Assembly: GCA_951406725.2 (NCBI GenBank) | Contig: OX597815.1 | Coordinates: 154,256,001 to 154,320,000, forward strand | Length of the DNA stretch: 64,000 bases | Reading direction: 5' to 3' | Source of the DNA: Octopus vulgaris | Taxonomy: Eukaryota | The notes under the pieces: model-generated | Database searches by the model: none | The model's input: the letters and a program-made list of their open reading frames with translations, nothing else | What the model was told of the DNA's origin: nothing | Part shown: positions 1 to 13,855 of the stretch, in pieces | Layout: the number at the start of each line of letters is the position of its first letter | Position numbering within the stretch: position 1 is the stretch's first letter | Position numbers and translations under genes: made by a program

Positions 1-1869
1 TGCTTTGAAATCATATAATAAGCATTGTTTTCTTTATTGTGTCATAAATCAATATCAATTCCAGATGTAGAATGTTGGTAATAATATGAATTTAATAGAA
101 GGAAAATCACACAATAAAGCGAAATTGACGTTTTTATGTGCTGTCATAAATTTAAAACTCAATATACATAGCAGCAGCCAAATTCAATCTTAAGATATTG
201 AACAATGATTACATCATTTGACTGCATCCTTCCAATTAGTTTCAAATTGAATCACACATCCTATCTGGTGCTACTGTCATAATTGCAAACACTACAATTA
301 CGTTATTCACTATTAATGGAATAACTCATTGGTCTCATCTATGCCTGATGTCAATTGATCACAGAAAAGAATAGAAAACTCCGCACGATTTTCAATAACA
401 ATATTTCCATCGTTTCATCTAAATAGGTACTAAGATGTAGATGACCGATGTCGTGTAGTTTTACGGGGCTGATCAAATATATTTTCGTCTATTCATTATA
501 CGTTGCAAGCAAGACGTGTTGCAACAATAATCACAAAAGAATAAACCAAGAACACATATAATTAGTTTGATATAATTATAAACTATTTTAAGAATAATAT
601 CCTTTAAGTAATTTGGTTTTCTGATTATCATATGAGGAGAGACAGGTCTTATGATATTGTTAGGCACCTTAGTTAAGTGAGTTCCACGTGTTTTATTTTC
701 AACTTGAGCATCTGTGGAACGATCTATGCAGGAAATACGTATGTGAGGAGAAAATGCAATGGATTGTATTCTTAGAAAGAAGACTTGGGAATCTAAACAC
801 GAGAGAAAGTAAATGTGACAAGGGAAGAAACTCATTGTTGAAAGATATACTCTATTACCTAGTTTAGAGCCTCAGTCCCATATTAACAGCGATATCTAAC
901 CCTATTACCCTTTGAGTTAACGCATATACTCGTATTACAAACTTTATACAAATCCAACAGTTTTATAATGCTATTGTATCACTAAGTATTATGGTGTATG
1001 ACTGCCCAACTTATTACATCATCGACCATAAATCACCCTAAAAATCGTCGTCTAATTATTTAAATTCTGCTACCAATCTTAATTAATATAAAGAACATTT
1101 ACACAAATATTTTCTCGACTTAAGCACGAGGAGATTCCATTTGAAAATTTTCAATGGAAGCAAGTCCATCACAATGTGCAAATACATTAATTTTTTTATA
1201 ATCCGTAACAAGCTGCAGTCGAGAATTCGAAGCAAATGAAATCCATTGTTCTATAAAAAATAAAATGAATAATTAACTTTACTGAGTGATCTTTCAAGTT
1301 AATGTTCGACTGTTTTTGAGTTTGACGACGTGAGTTAGCTTGTACACTGCTATTATATGAATGACTGGACTAGTTCTCAGGTGGTTGTTTTTAAATACGA
1401 GAGTGTATATGTGCGTATCGGCGTGTGTGTGTGTGTGTGTGTGTGTGCATGTGCTTGTGTCTGAGTGTCTATGTGTATGCAATCACACATACATTTATAC
1501 ACATACCAGCGTGCTAGCGCGTTTCTGAATGTTAGTTTATACATTCAACGTTTACCATGTAGCAAGAAGCTAATTATTTAAACAACTTTGGTACCATAGA
1601 ATTACCAGTTAATTACTATGATCAAAATTTGTTAACTTAAACCGTTCCACTAATGTACGAATGTGACATATTCGTTTTGTTGTCACTCGTTATTCCTGTC
1701 AACACACTGCTGAACTCTGCTTGAACAAACCTATTTATTTTATAATGAAAATTATTCTAGCTGAAGACATTTCGTCTCTTCTTGCAGGCAGTGTACAGTA
1801 AGCAATATTAGACCACATGATCGAATATGCACTTCTTTCTCCTTTTCCTGTTTTATTATTATCTCCTCC

Positions 1870-1990
1870 TCTTCTTCTTCTTCTTCTTCTTCTTCTTCTT
1901 CTTCTTCTTCTTCTTCTTCTTCTTCTTTTTCTTCTTCTTCTTCTTCTGCTTCTCCCCCCTCCTCCTCCCCCTTCTTCTTCTTTTTCTTTT
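1870..1990. repeat. (CTT)n microsatellite and pyrimidine tract
   Basis: Direct CTT repeat run; explains the poly-L/F/K ORFs at 1817-2086. Confidence 0.95.
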
Positions 1991-1999
1991 TCTTATTTT

Positions 2000-2384
2000 C
2001 TCTCCTTCTTTCTTCCGTTTCTCGCCGGGTGTTTTCCGTACCCCTAGGGCAGAGAAGCTCATTGTATGAATTCCCAGATTACACACGCAAATTCACAGAT
2101 AAAATATGTATTTAAAAAATTAATAAATAAATAAATTCATGAATGGATGTTGTTTTTACAGCGATAATGCTGATCTCAGTACATGAGTCGTTCTAGTTAA
2201 CACGATTTTTTGCACTTCCTGTAGGGATGGTAATCCTGGTATCATTTTCAAATAGGTTTCAGTGCCTTTTATTTTATCATTCCTAGAGATCCTACAAACA
2301 CAGGTACTGTAGTCGCCTTCAGATGCAACATTTTTTCAATTTCTATTTGCAAGTCTTTATATTTACTAATCCTGCCAAATTAAA

Positions 2385-2385
<1 letters not shown>
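2000..2385 (-). mobile_element. R4/Dong-like non-LTR retrotransposon, 3' fragment (family 1, diverged)
   Basis: Minus strand reads PSLQEVQKIVLTRTTHVLR, the RLE-element C-terminus; 3' UTR hairpin homologous to those at 3519-3558 and 36925-36964; 5' side abuts (TTA)n. Confidence 0.85.
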
Positions 2386-2460
<75 letters not shown>

Positions 2461-2490
2461 TATTTTTATTATTATAATTATTACTCTTAT

Positions 2491-3422
2491 TGAGTCAGAG
2501 AGCAGTGCATGCCATCAAAGTGACACTGGGGTAAAATATACGAAGCCCAGTATACCCATGACTACCCGTCAGATAAGGGTACACTGGCACATGCATCACG
2601 TACACGACATGGTGATCTCATATCAAGATAAACAGCGCATGACCTTGCAGGTGGGGCCCAGTTAGAATTTTCTTCTGGTCGAGTAGCACATCCCGCTCAA
2701 AAGGTCCCTGAATAACGGTTGTTTAAGGATGTTGAACGAAACATCCATGTTTCCAGAGGTGAATTATTCAAACCCCAAAGAATCCATCTCAACACAAGGC
2801 TATGATGCTCCCCAAATACTTCTGCTCGTGATCAGAGATGCACATATCGTCAGCCACTAAAGGACATGCTCAACTGCTTAAGGTCAAACAACTGACAAGC
2901 AAATGTGTGGTATTAAGCAGAATATTTGCTGTAGCCTTTTATACCCAGACAAATCAATGTATCCTCTGTGTGAAAAGTTTGGCTGCATACACGTTAGCAT
3001 ATGTCAGGCGCATACAATTGACAACACAGTTAATTAAGATTTATTCAGTGAGTTCTATTCAACACATGTATACACGTGGAATTAGCAGAATCATTATTAA
3101 CTTTAGATGGCATTCAGGCGAGGTGAAAAAATTAGTGAGAGAGATAGACTGGCAATACTTCTACTCTACCAGCAGTCTTGGGAAGAGCTATCTGAGAGGA
3201 AAATTCGTGGATGTATTCAACATCAAACTCGTGTTCGGCGTCAAATAGTTGACTGTCGTGGTCGTAACAGATTCGTGTAATAAATTTTGTGTTTAATTTT
3301 GTTTCATAATACTTATTTTTTCGGATGCAGGCAGACTTTTCACACAGAGGTACATGATAACACTTCCAATCAGTTTAGATGAGAAGGCATGAGAACCACT
3401 GTTTGGTACTGCATCCGGGCAT
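2491..3422 (-). mobile_element. ~560-bp non-coding (TAA)n-embedded element, copy 1, interrupted by a MITE
   Basis: Collinear with 8011-8567 once 2962-3350 is removed; flanked by (TTA)n and (ATC)n. Confidence 0.85.
2962..3350. mobile_element. Tc1/mariner-type MITE
   Basis: Imperfect ~27-bp TIRs (cctctgtgtgaaaagtttggctgcat / atgcaggcagacttttcacacagagg); TA on both sides (2960-61, 3351-52); empty site visible in copy 8011-8567. Confidence 0.85.
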
Positions 3423-3430
3423 CATCATCA

Positions 3431-3488
<58 letters not shown>

Positions 3489-3489
3489 C

Positions 3490-3823
3490 TTTTTTTTCTC
3501 CTTTCAAATTTGCTTCCATTTCTTGCCGAGTGTCTTCCCGACTCCTAGGGCAAAGAAACTCATAGTATACATTGGTAGGCCATTAAACTAAACTCACTAG
3601 TTCGTTTATTTTTTTTAAGTTAAATTAAAATTCATGGGTAGTAATAGTTCTCACATCGACAATGCTCTTCTCAATACGTGTGACGTACCAGTTAAGACAA
3701 TCTTTTGCACTTCTTGCAGGGATGGTAAGCCAGGGATCATTCTCATATAATTTTCGGTTCCCTTCTTGACCATTCCTAGTGCTCCTACGATCATTGGTAT
3801 TGTAACCGCCTTGAGATGCCACG

Positions 3824-3825
<2 letters not shown>
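3490..3825 (-). mobile_element. R4/Dong-like element, 3' fragment (family 1)
   Basis: Near-identical to 36900-37245; (TTA)n on both sides. Confidence 0.9.
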
Positions 3826-3888
<63 letters not shown>

Positions 3889-4314
3889 GGAGTTAGACTG
3901 TGATTTGAAAAAGGATTGGTTACTATTTCTATCGTATAGCACTATCCCTTAGAAGCTCTCAATGCGATAGCTTAGAATTTGCAATAGCTTAATAGAGTTG
4001 GATAGATGCATTACAATATCTTGCAAATAAAACGCAGCACTCAAATCATATTGACGTCAACTTTTACCATTTCCTCTAAAAAAAAAGAGCCAGTAAATGT
4101 ATATTTGTGTTGATTCCCCTTAGTATGCATCAATCCTCAACAACTGCCTACGTGATTGCATGACAATGCTGGCATAAGATTTCAGCCAAATAAATCTTTC
4201 ACTGGTTTTTATATCCCAGTATAATCGCTTTCCTTCGACCATTCTTATCTCCCTTATTCTTCTTATTCTTATTATTATTGTCATCAATTGTCTTGTTATT
4301 GCATTTATTATTAT

Positions 4315-4545
4315 CATCACCGTCAGTGTTATTTAGGAGGCGAGCTAACAGAATAGTTAACACACCGTACAATATTATTAGCGGCATTTTCTGGCACGAT
4401 CTTCTAAGTTTCAATACCACGGAGGTTGACTTTGCATTTCATCCTCTTGAGATTGATAAAATATTACCAGCTGAGCACTTGGATCAACGTATTCGACTTC
4501 TTTCCCCCTCCAAGATACAGGTTTTGTGTCAAAATGTGGGACTAT
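4315..4545 (+). mobile_element. Degenerate SINE (family B)
   Basis: ggcgagctaacagaatagttaacac head and gactttgcatttcatcct core similar to 25367-25593. Confidence 0.65.
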
Positions 4546-4560
4546 AACAATAATAATGAT

Positions 4561-4605
<45 letters not shown>

Positions 4606-4621
4606 AACAACAATAATAGTA

Positions 4622-5155
4622 ATCAGCAGAGGACCAAGCTTTGGCCACGAACTGCAGGGTCAAATTTAGGAATGTGCAACTGTCCCCGCTGTGCCGCATC
4701 TGCAATAGCGTTGATGAAACCATTGCCCATATCACAAACGAATGTCCTAGGCTTGTGGTTAAGAAGGTGCACCACATATGCTATATAGTTGATGTTGTAT
4801 GCCCCCTATGACCCATAAGAAGTCAGGAAAGAAGTCGAAAAGATAAATAGATACAACCCTCTTAAATACGGAATAGCCCGGTTATGGAAAATGAAGGAGG
4901 TGAAGATAGTGCCAATTATTGCTGGGTCCATGGGAACAGTATCAGAAGGAATCAAGAAGAATATAAAGGAAATTGGAATAGAGTGCCCAGTAGAATTATT
5001 ACAAAAGTTTTGTCTCCTTGCTACGGCCAGAATAAATAGAAAAGTATTAGATAGCTTAAAGAACGAAAATCATGGTACCGTAGGCTGCAGGTAGTAAGAC
5101 CCCCTACGCATGCAAGAATCCGGGAGCTGCAACAAAACTTGTGATAAAGAGAAAA
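4622..5155 (+). mobile_element. R4/Dong-like element, deleted 3' fragment (family 2)
   Basis: ORF 4891-5094 (KIVPIIAGSMGTV...ELLQKFCLLATARINRKVL) is an RLE C-terminus; 3' end matches 38240-38305; flanked by (AAC/TAA)n. Confidence 0.8.
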
Positions 5156-5184
5156 TAATAATAATGATGATGATGATGATAATA

Positions 5185-5689
5185 ATTGGAACTATTATCA
5201 TGTACATTGTATTGTCTTGGCATAGAAGATGGGCTACAGCAAATATTCTACTCAATACCACAGATTTGTTTGTCAGTTGTTTGTCCTTAACCAGTTGAGC
5301 ATGTCCCTTAGTGGCTGACGATATGTGCATCTCTGATCACAAGCAGAAGTAGTTGGAGAGTATCACAACCGTGTGTTGAAAGGAATTCTTTGAGGTTTGG
5401 ATAATTCACCTTTGGAAACATGGGTGGTTTGTTCAACATTCTTATTCAATACTTATTCAGGGACCTTTTGAGCGGGATGGGCTACTCGACCAGAAGAAAA
5501 TTCTAACTGGGCCCAACCTGCAAGGTCATGCGCTGTTTATGTTGATATGACACCACCATGTAGCGCACATATGGTTGTGATGCATGAGCCTAGTGTACCC
5601 TTATCAGACGGGTAGTCATGATCGGTATACTGGGCTTCGTATATTTTACCCCTGGGTCATTTTCATGGCATGCACTGCTCTCTCACTCA
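5185..5689 (+). mobile_element. ~560-bp (TAA)n-embedded element, copy 2, 5'-truncated
   Basis: Reverse complement of 8011-8515; lacks the first ~50 nt; ends directly in (TAA)n. Confidence 0.85.
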
Positions 5690-5703
5690 ATAATAATAAT
5701 AAT

Positions 5704-7697
5704 CAGACAGCAGCATATTCCCTACTGATCAGAAAGGATGTAAACGTGGATCCTACGGTTGTAAAGATCAACTACTCATCAATAAGATGATCTTAGAAGA
5801 TTGTCACAACGACACAAAAACTTATCAATATCCTGGATAGACTATAAAAAGGCTTTTGATAGCCTACCACATAGCTGGATTAAGAAATGCCTAGAAATGT
5901 ATAAGATAGCACCTGTTATGCGAAACTTTTTTTTTGTCTGTAAGTATGAGATCGTGGAGAACTACACTAACTTTGAACAGTGACAATGAATCTCTAAATG
6001 CTGGTGATGTAAAGATTTCATGTGGCATTTTCCAGGGTGACTCACTATCACCACTCCTTCTGTTTAGCCTTAATACCTCTCTCAAAACTGCTCAATGACG
6101 CGCATTACGGATATAAAATGTTTGATAAAAATATAAATCATCTCATTTACATGGATGATTTAAAGCTCTTTGCAAAAAATGACCAACAACTCAAGGGCTT
6201 ACTAGCGATAGTCAAACAATTCAGCGATGACATCAGAATGCAATTTGGCCTCGATAAGTGTGCAAAAGCTACCTTTATCAAAGGAAAAATGACAGAAACA
6301 TCTAACGTTAACCTTGACCAGCAGAATGTCATAAAAGAATTAGACCCAGCAGAGAACTACAAGTATCTAGGGGTAATTGAAGGAGAAAGAATAAGGCATT
6401 TAGAGATGAAGGAAAGGATCAGGAGAGAATGTTATCGCAGAGTAAGAGCAATACTCAAGACAGAGCTGAATGCGAGAAACAGGATCGAAGCGATCAATGC
6501 ATTAGCCATACCAGTTGTGACTTACAGTTTCAATATCGTTAACTGGTCAATTACTGAAATATGTAATCTTGACAGAAAAATTCGAAAACTGTTGACAATG
6601 CATAGAATGCACCACCCTAAGGCAGACACAGAACGACTTTATCTGCCAAGAAAAGAGGGAGGCCGTGGACTTTTACAACTGGCAATAACAATGAAGATTG
6701 CTACAATTGGCCTAGACACCTACCTGAGGACTGGATGTTAAAACTTGTCTCAAAACATGAAAACAAGAAGGCATCATACTCAGTAACAAAACAGGCAAAG
6801 GAATATCTAAGTGAATTCCGAATACGACAAATTTCGGAATTAGAGATAGACACACAAGAAACAGGCACAGAAAAAGCTAAGCGCATGAAAACCCGTGCTA
6901 AATCTGCAGCTTTAGATATTCTGAATGATAAATGGCAAGAAAAACCTCTCTATGGCAAATACCCAAAGAGAGCAAATAATGCAGATGTTGACAAAGCCCT
7001 GACCCATCAATGGCTAATGGCCTCTGGCTTAAAATCTGAAACAGAGGGGTTTATCATAGCAGCTCAAGATCAATGCCTACCAACAAGAAACTACCAGGCC
7101 AACATATTAAAGATCAGAAGCAGTCCAACGTGTCGTGTATGCCAGCAACAAAATGAAAGCATTGACCATGTGGTCTCCAAGTGCAGTCTTCTAGCGCCTA
7201 CAGAGTATCTCAACAGACACGATAGAGCTGCACAATATATTCACTGGGTAATCTGCAAAAACCTGGATTTGCCCCATGAAAAAAACTGGTGGGAACACAA
7301 ACCACCCCCAGTGCTTGAAAATGACCACATCTCACTCCTCTGGAACTTCACCATTCAAACCGACAGAAAGATAGATACAAATAGGCCAGACATCATATTG
7401 AAAGACTTCAAACAAAGAACATGCCTCCTCATTGATATGACTGTCTCAATCGATATAAACGTATCTGTCAAGACCTACCAAAAACTGAGCAAATATAAAG
7501 ATCTTGAAATAGAAATCAGCAAAATGTGGAACGTGAAGACTAAAACAATACCTGTTGTCATAGGTGCCCTGGGAATGATAGCAAAAGGGGCTGATAGCTA
7601 CCTAACTCAGATACAAGGAAACCCCAAAATGGCAGAAATTCAAAAGATAGTGCTCATGGGAACTGCTCATATCCTACGGAAAATACTTTCTATGTAA
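5704..7697 (+). pseudogene. Frameshifted RT + zinc knuckle + restriction-like endonuclease (ORF pieces 5801-5983, 6022-6741, 6735-7697)
   Basis: IYMDDLKL RT catalytic motif; CRVCQQQNESIDHVVSKC; YLNRHD; PD-(D/E)xK-like RPDIILKD...LIDMT...KLSKYKDL. Confidence 0.93.
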
Positions 7698-7885
7698 TCT
7701 TAAGGTTTAAAACAAACATAATTTTCGGTTTTTTAAAAAAAAAAAAAAAATTTATTTTAGACATTCAACCCCCCACCAATATACAACACCAAAAACTCCC
7801 CCCCCCCCAAAAAAATATATGGCACACTAGGCATAACAACAACATGATCTTATAACCTGTTGTCTCTTGAAGTCTCTGCGTGAAA
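5704..7885 (+). mobile_element. R4/Dong-clade RLE non-LTR retrotransposon, 5'-truncated (family 3)
   Basis: Begins mid-RT directly after (TAA)n; motifs [38 protein letters not shown] knuckle, RHD, RPDI...IDMT; followed by (TAA)n. Confidence 0.95.
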
Positions 7886-7950
7886 ATTATAATAATAATA
7901 ATAATAATAATAACAATAATAACAATAATCAGAAGAAGAAGAAAAAGAAC

Positions 7951-8672
<722 letters not shown>

Positions 8673-8674
8673 GA

Positions 8675-9795
8675 AAACTTAAAGCTTATTTTGCTGGGTA
8701 TGATGGAAAGTGTCAGCTGTCCACAGTCAGCAGACTAAGTTGACACTTGTTTACTGGTCATGCTTCAAGAACCCTGCAAAGAAGTCTTGCTGTTCCAAGT
8801 AATGTTGATTTTGTAGGTGTTCTAGCTTCACACTTGGACCAGTCTTCTTTTGCTGAAACTTCCAAGTACACCATTTACTATTTGCATTACGTCTAGTCTT
8901 TCATTGACCACAACCATCGCATTTTCCTCTTTAAATCGCTATAGTTGTTTATTTGCTCGTCTTTTTTCACCACAACAATGTCCAGTTTCCTATTTCTGGT
9001 CAGGTGATCGTAATGGATCATTACATTCCACAGGGTTTTGCAGTCCTCATTTTCGGTCATTCCTTCATATGTATGTTCATACCACGTCTTTGCTCTTTGT
9101 AGGCCGTGATTTCCACAGAGTTCCTAATGGATCATTCTTGCCACAGTGTCATGGCGTCTTTTGTATTCGCATTGTGCCAATTTCGGGCATTCGTTAACGA
9201 TATACCACACCGTTCCACCCTTCTTACTACACATTCTGCATTTGTCACTATCAGTAGTGTTGTCAATTCTGCACTTCATATAAATGGTTCCTTAACACTT
9301 GTTCCTGAGCTGCTTCTATCTTCTGGTCACTCCTCATCCATAGCCACCTGTCCTCTGTATCTGTCTTGGTGTTCACATTTCTTGCATACTGACCGTACAT
9401 TGTTTCCTGCCATGCTTTTTCTTTCTTTTTGTTCATTTCTTGTTTAAATTTTTTTCATAGTTACAGAACTTCCAGTTTTGATGACGCCGCCCTTCTATAT
9501 ATGCCCCAACAAGTGGCTCCAAGGCATTTTTATATACCACACTAGGCTGTTTTTCTCTGCGTTGATACAGTCCTGACAACTGATCAAACCTCTCCTACCC
9601 TTTCTTCTGGACAAGTACAGCGTATCGGTGGTGTCACTCTTAGGGTGGCAGTCTCCGTGTACTGTCAACAATCTTCTGGTGTTGGTAGCCATTTTCTTCA
9701 TTTCTATCTTTTGCCATTTTATAATTCCTGCTCCATACCGAAGCGGTACTATCGCCCACGTATTAACTGCTTGAATTTTATTCCATCCAGTCAAA
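8675..9795 (-). mobile_element. R4/Dong-like element, degenerate fragment (family 4)
   Basis: ORF 9495-9794 (NKIQAVNTWAIVPLRYGAGIIKW...HPKSD...LYLSRRKGRRGL) is the post-RT region of R4-type proteins; (TTA)n flanks. Confidence 0.85.
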
Positions 9796-9796
9796 T

Positions 9797-9919
<123 letters not shown>

Positions 9920-10509
9920 GTTGTTGTTGTTGTTATTATTATTATGATCGTAATCATCATCACCATCATCATTAACATTCCCTGATATGCCAACTAAAAT
10001 CATTAATACTTGTCTGACGTGAATACAATTGGAAAGAAAGGCAAAAGGAATGAAATGAATTCTCTAGAGATGAAGAAATGCACAATATATTTTAGTTATA
10101 TCGAAAAGGAATTATAGCACAGGATAAGACTTGGTGGTTGTTGAAAATCCATTCCATGTATAGAAAGATAAAAAGAAAAAACTGCATCGAAACTCTTGGA
10201 GCTTAATGCTGGTAGCAAGCAAAATTGGTTTAATATGGCAAGCCCAGGGAGAGTTTAGTTTAAAATGATGGAATTGTTGTTTTGAAACAGATATAAGAAT
10301 GGCATAAAATAGCGAGTTAAGAAAGAAAAACTAAGAAAAAAATAACATATACAGTAAAGACTTTATAAACTCTAATACATTCTTGACAACGAATACAACT
10401 GTTATACTATATCTCTCATATATATATATATAATCTTGTGGCAAAGTAAAATTTTATAAACTCCATTATTAATGTTATTATTTTTACCATTTACCGATTG
10501 AATTGCATT

Positions 10510-12750
10510 TTATTTCATCTTCTGGCGAGTCTTAACTAGATAACTAAGGCACGTATATGTTAGATGGAGAGAAACGTCTTGAGAATGTGGGCAGCAGATT
10601 TCAACAAAATCTTCTGAGTTTCACAGATCGTTGGTTTCCTAGGGATCTGGTCCCCAAATTTCTCAGTACTTTTCTTGATCATTCCCAGGGCACCACCAAC
10701 GACAGGGGTGGTTTTAGCTTTTAATTATCACGTCCAAAATATCTCTGTCTCAAGGTCCTTTCGAGAGTTTTTCAAATTCCCTTGCTGAGATGTTTCTATC
10801 AGTAGGTACTGTTATGTCAATTAACAGGTATGTTTTTTTATTTATTTGTTTTAAGTCTTTGATAACGGTGTCTGGTTGTTAACATTTATTTGCCCATCTG
10901 TATGTATTCCATAATCCCATAGGATGGTAGCATTATCTCTCTCAGTGACTGGCTTTGGTAGGTATTAGAGTGCGGGATATCATAGTGACGGCATATTCTC
11001 CTGTGCCAACTCGATTATACCTGGTTTTATATTCTGCAGAAGCAAGGACTTAGCAACCCGCAACAATGTGGTCAATACTCTCAAGTTTGTTATTGCAAAG
11101 TCTACATTTTGTATCTACCTCATTTTGTGTGACATTAACTTGATAGTTCCGGGTGAGGATATTCTGGTCTTGTGCTGCTAGGATGAATCCTTCTGTTCTG
11201 GCTTTAAAATCAACTCTCAGCAGCTACTGATCGGTTCTTATATTTACATCAGCTTCCCTAGCTCATTTGAGGGTATTGCTTATGCAATGGGGTTTTCTTT
11301 GATATTTCCTTCAAGCTTTCCTGCCTAGTGGGTGATGTTTTCTCCTTGTCATCATCATGGTTAAACTCTCGTCTGTATTTATACGCGACCTTTGAGATTG
11401 AGTAGTTTCCTACTCTGTTCGTGTTACCTTATCATCTGCTTCATCCAGTCATTGCTACTTTGGATGTATACTTGAAGTCCTATTGCGGTCATTTTATAGG
11501 AAGTTTCAAGCTGGATTATGCCTCTGCCGCCTTCTCTCTGTGGGAAATAGAGCCTGTGGACGTCTGATTTTTTAGTGCATCCTGTTTAGTGTCAGCAGTT
11601 TCCTGGTCTTTATCTCCATACGCTGAAGATCACTCAAATTCAAATTGATGACATTAAAGCTTTACTGGACAAATGGTACCGCCAGGGAGTTTAAAGCTGC
11701 AATTCTTTTCTGAGGGCTCAGTTCAGTATTCAGGATCGTTCTGATATGTCTATAAAACTCTTTCCTGATCCGCTCTTTCATTGATTTGTGTTGAATCCCC
11801 TTCTCTTCGTGTACTCCAAGATACTTATAGAAGCCCTCTTGGTCTAGGTCCTTAATAGATGTATCACGACCAAGTTGGATCGTGGATTTAAATGTCAGTT
11901 TACCGCGTTTGAACAAAGCTTTTTACACACATATCAAGACCAAATTCCATACTGATGTCATCACTGACATTTCTCTCAGCTATTAGTAGCCTTTTCACAT
12001 CCTTGGTTTATTTTGCATATAACTTTAGATTATCCATGCAGAGCAAGTGTGAGATGATATTTTCAAACATTTTGTAACCATGCTTTGTTCTATTCAGCTC
12101 ATGGGACAAGGGAATGAAGAAAGACAGGAGAGGAGAGGGGAGAGTTAATTGCTCTGGAATATTTAACGAGCTATTTTGATGTTCTCTGACACACACGAGC
12201 CTTTTTCGTGGTTAAGACATAATTTTGTGTTCCACTAGAGAAACTCTTTTAGGAAAGGTGAGGTGTTGTATATATCTAGTGCCTTTAAAATCCAGCTATC
12301 TGGAACACTATCAAATGTCTTACGATAGTCAATCCATGTCCTAAGATTTCGTTTTTCGGATAAGCAATTTTCGAGTATCATACAGTTTACTAATAGCTGG
12401 TCTTTGCAACCGTATAAGTTTCCTTGGCATTCTTTTTGTTCAAAGGGAAAGATGTTTGTATCGAGAAAATGATACATCCTTTCAGAGAGGATGGGTGTAA
12501 GTAAGTTTTACACGGTGATCAAACAAGCGATCGGGCTGAGTAATTTTTTTTTTTGTGTCGCTCGTTTTAGGAAGTAGGTATGTTAACCCTAATGTTAGCC
12601 AGATTGGAGTCTTTTCGGGGATTCTGAGGATTTTAGAGAACCCTTCCATTAACTGACGATGTGATTATGAGAAGCTAGTGATCCAGAAGCTTGAGATTTT
12701 TTTATGTGCAGGAGATTTCTACTTATGAGCTTTGTTTCTGCTCTTTTGAA
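10510..12750 (-). mobile_element. R4/Dong-like element, 5'-truncated, multiply frameshifted (family 5)
   Basis: ORF pieces [51 protein letters not shown]...RIRKEFYR are collinear with 5704-7697. Confidence 0.9.
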
Positions 12751-12924
12751 TCTAAGTTTAAGCGCTCTGCTGAGATCGACTTTGCTTTACCGCACTTTGA
12801 GTTCGAGGAAATAAGTACCAGTTAGGCACAGGGGTCGTTTTAATCGACTAACCTCTCCCGCAAATTTTCAGGCCTTGTGTCTATAATAGAAGTATATGTA
12901 GTTGCAAGTAGGAAACTGGGCCCT

Positions 12925-13380
12925 CACCAAATGTAAAGGCAGCTTGAATGCTGAGTGCGCCGTCCTACCTCCCGGCAATAACGTAGCAGCGATTCCCGAG
13001 GAAGCAACGGTTAGCGCAATTTGTTTCTTGCGACGAAACTTAGCAAGTATTAATTGTTACCTCTAACAGAATCGGCACCTGCAGCAGCGTCGAATAAAAA
13101 AATGCCGCCCGCCTGTTTTTCAACGGCACTGCCGACAGTTTCGTACACCAGCCTCTGGTCAGGGAGCAATTTCGGTTCATTTCGTCTCAGATACACCGCA
13201 GGGCCATCAGCGTCATATGACAACTCCAAAAATAACTTTGGTAGGAGTGTGTTAACGTCCTGTCGCAATGAGGATGGCAAACCGAATTTGTTCAACGCTT
13301 CCCCAACCATTTTGAGCAGGGCATCCTCGATTTCAATCAGCACATTATTGTAGATCAGGTCATTGCATCCAATGTCAGAA
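12925..13380 (-). pseudogene. Helitron RepHel fragment (start of PIF1-type helicase)
   Basis: ORF 13050-13343 (LIEIEDALL...FGLP...DQRLVYE...GGIFLFDA) continues in another frame as IALTVASSGIAATLLPGGRTAHSAFKLPL. Confidence 0.9.
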
Positions 13381-13494
13381 TTAGGGCACTGTTGCTTTGC
13401 CAGTCACCCTTTGACTTAACCACCGAGAAAGCAAACTTACGTACAGAGAATTTCATAAACAGAAATGAATGGAAGAGGTTTTAGATTAAATCGG

Positions 13495-13855
13495 ATTTTG
13501 ATTTTTTGCGGGGAATCAACTATCCTAATATGATACAAAACCCTTTTTGTGGTCCGAAAAACGAGGTGGAGTGTGGTGGAAGCCACGGAAATTTCACTCC
13601 CCATACCCATTGATCTTTTCACCGTCTATTTTTCAATGTACGTGGAAAAATACGGAGATTAAGAATATGAATAACATTTGTTTTTAATCTCAAAGTTACC
13701 ATGAAAACGTCCAGGCTAATTCTTAGACAATACTCGCACGATTTTCATATTTTTTGCGAGGAATCAACTACCTTGGCCTCCTAATATGCTACAAACCCCA
13801 TTTTGTGGTCCGAGAAACGGGGTGGGGTGTGGTGGAGCCTCGGAAATTTTACCCA
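13495..13855. repeat. Imperfect ~110-bp direct repeat pair; related sequence at ~54420-54520
   Basis: ggaatcaacta...cctaatatg.tacaaa.ccc.ttttgtggtccga.aaacg.ggtgg.gtgtggtgga at ~13500-13600 and ~13750-13855. Confidence 0.7.
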
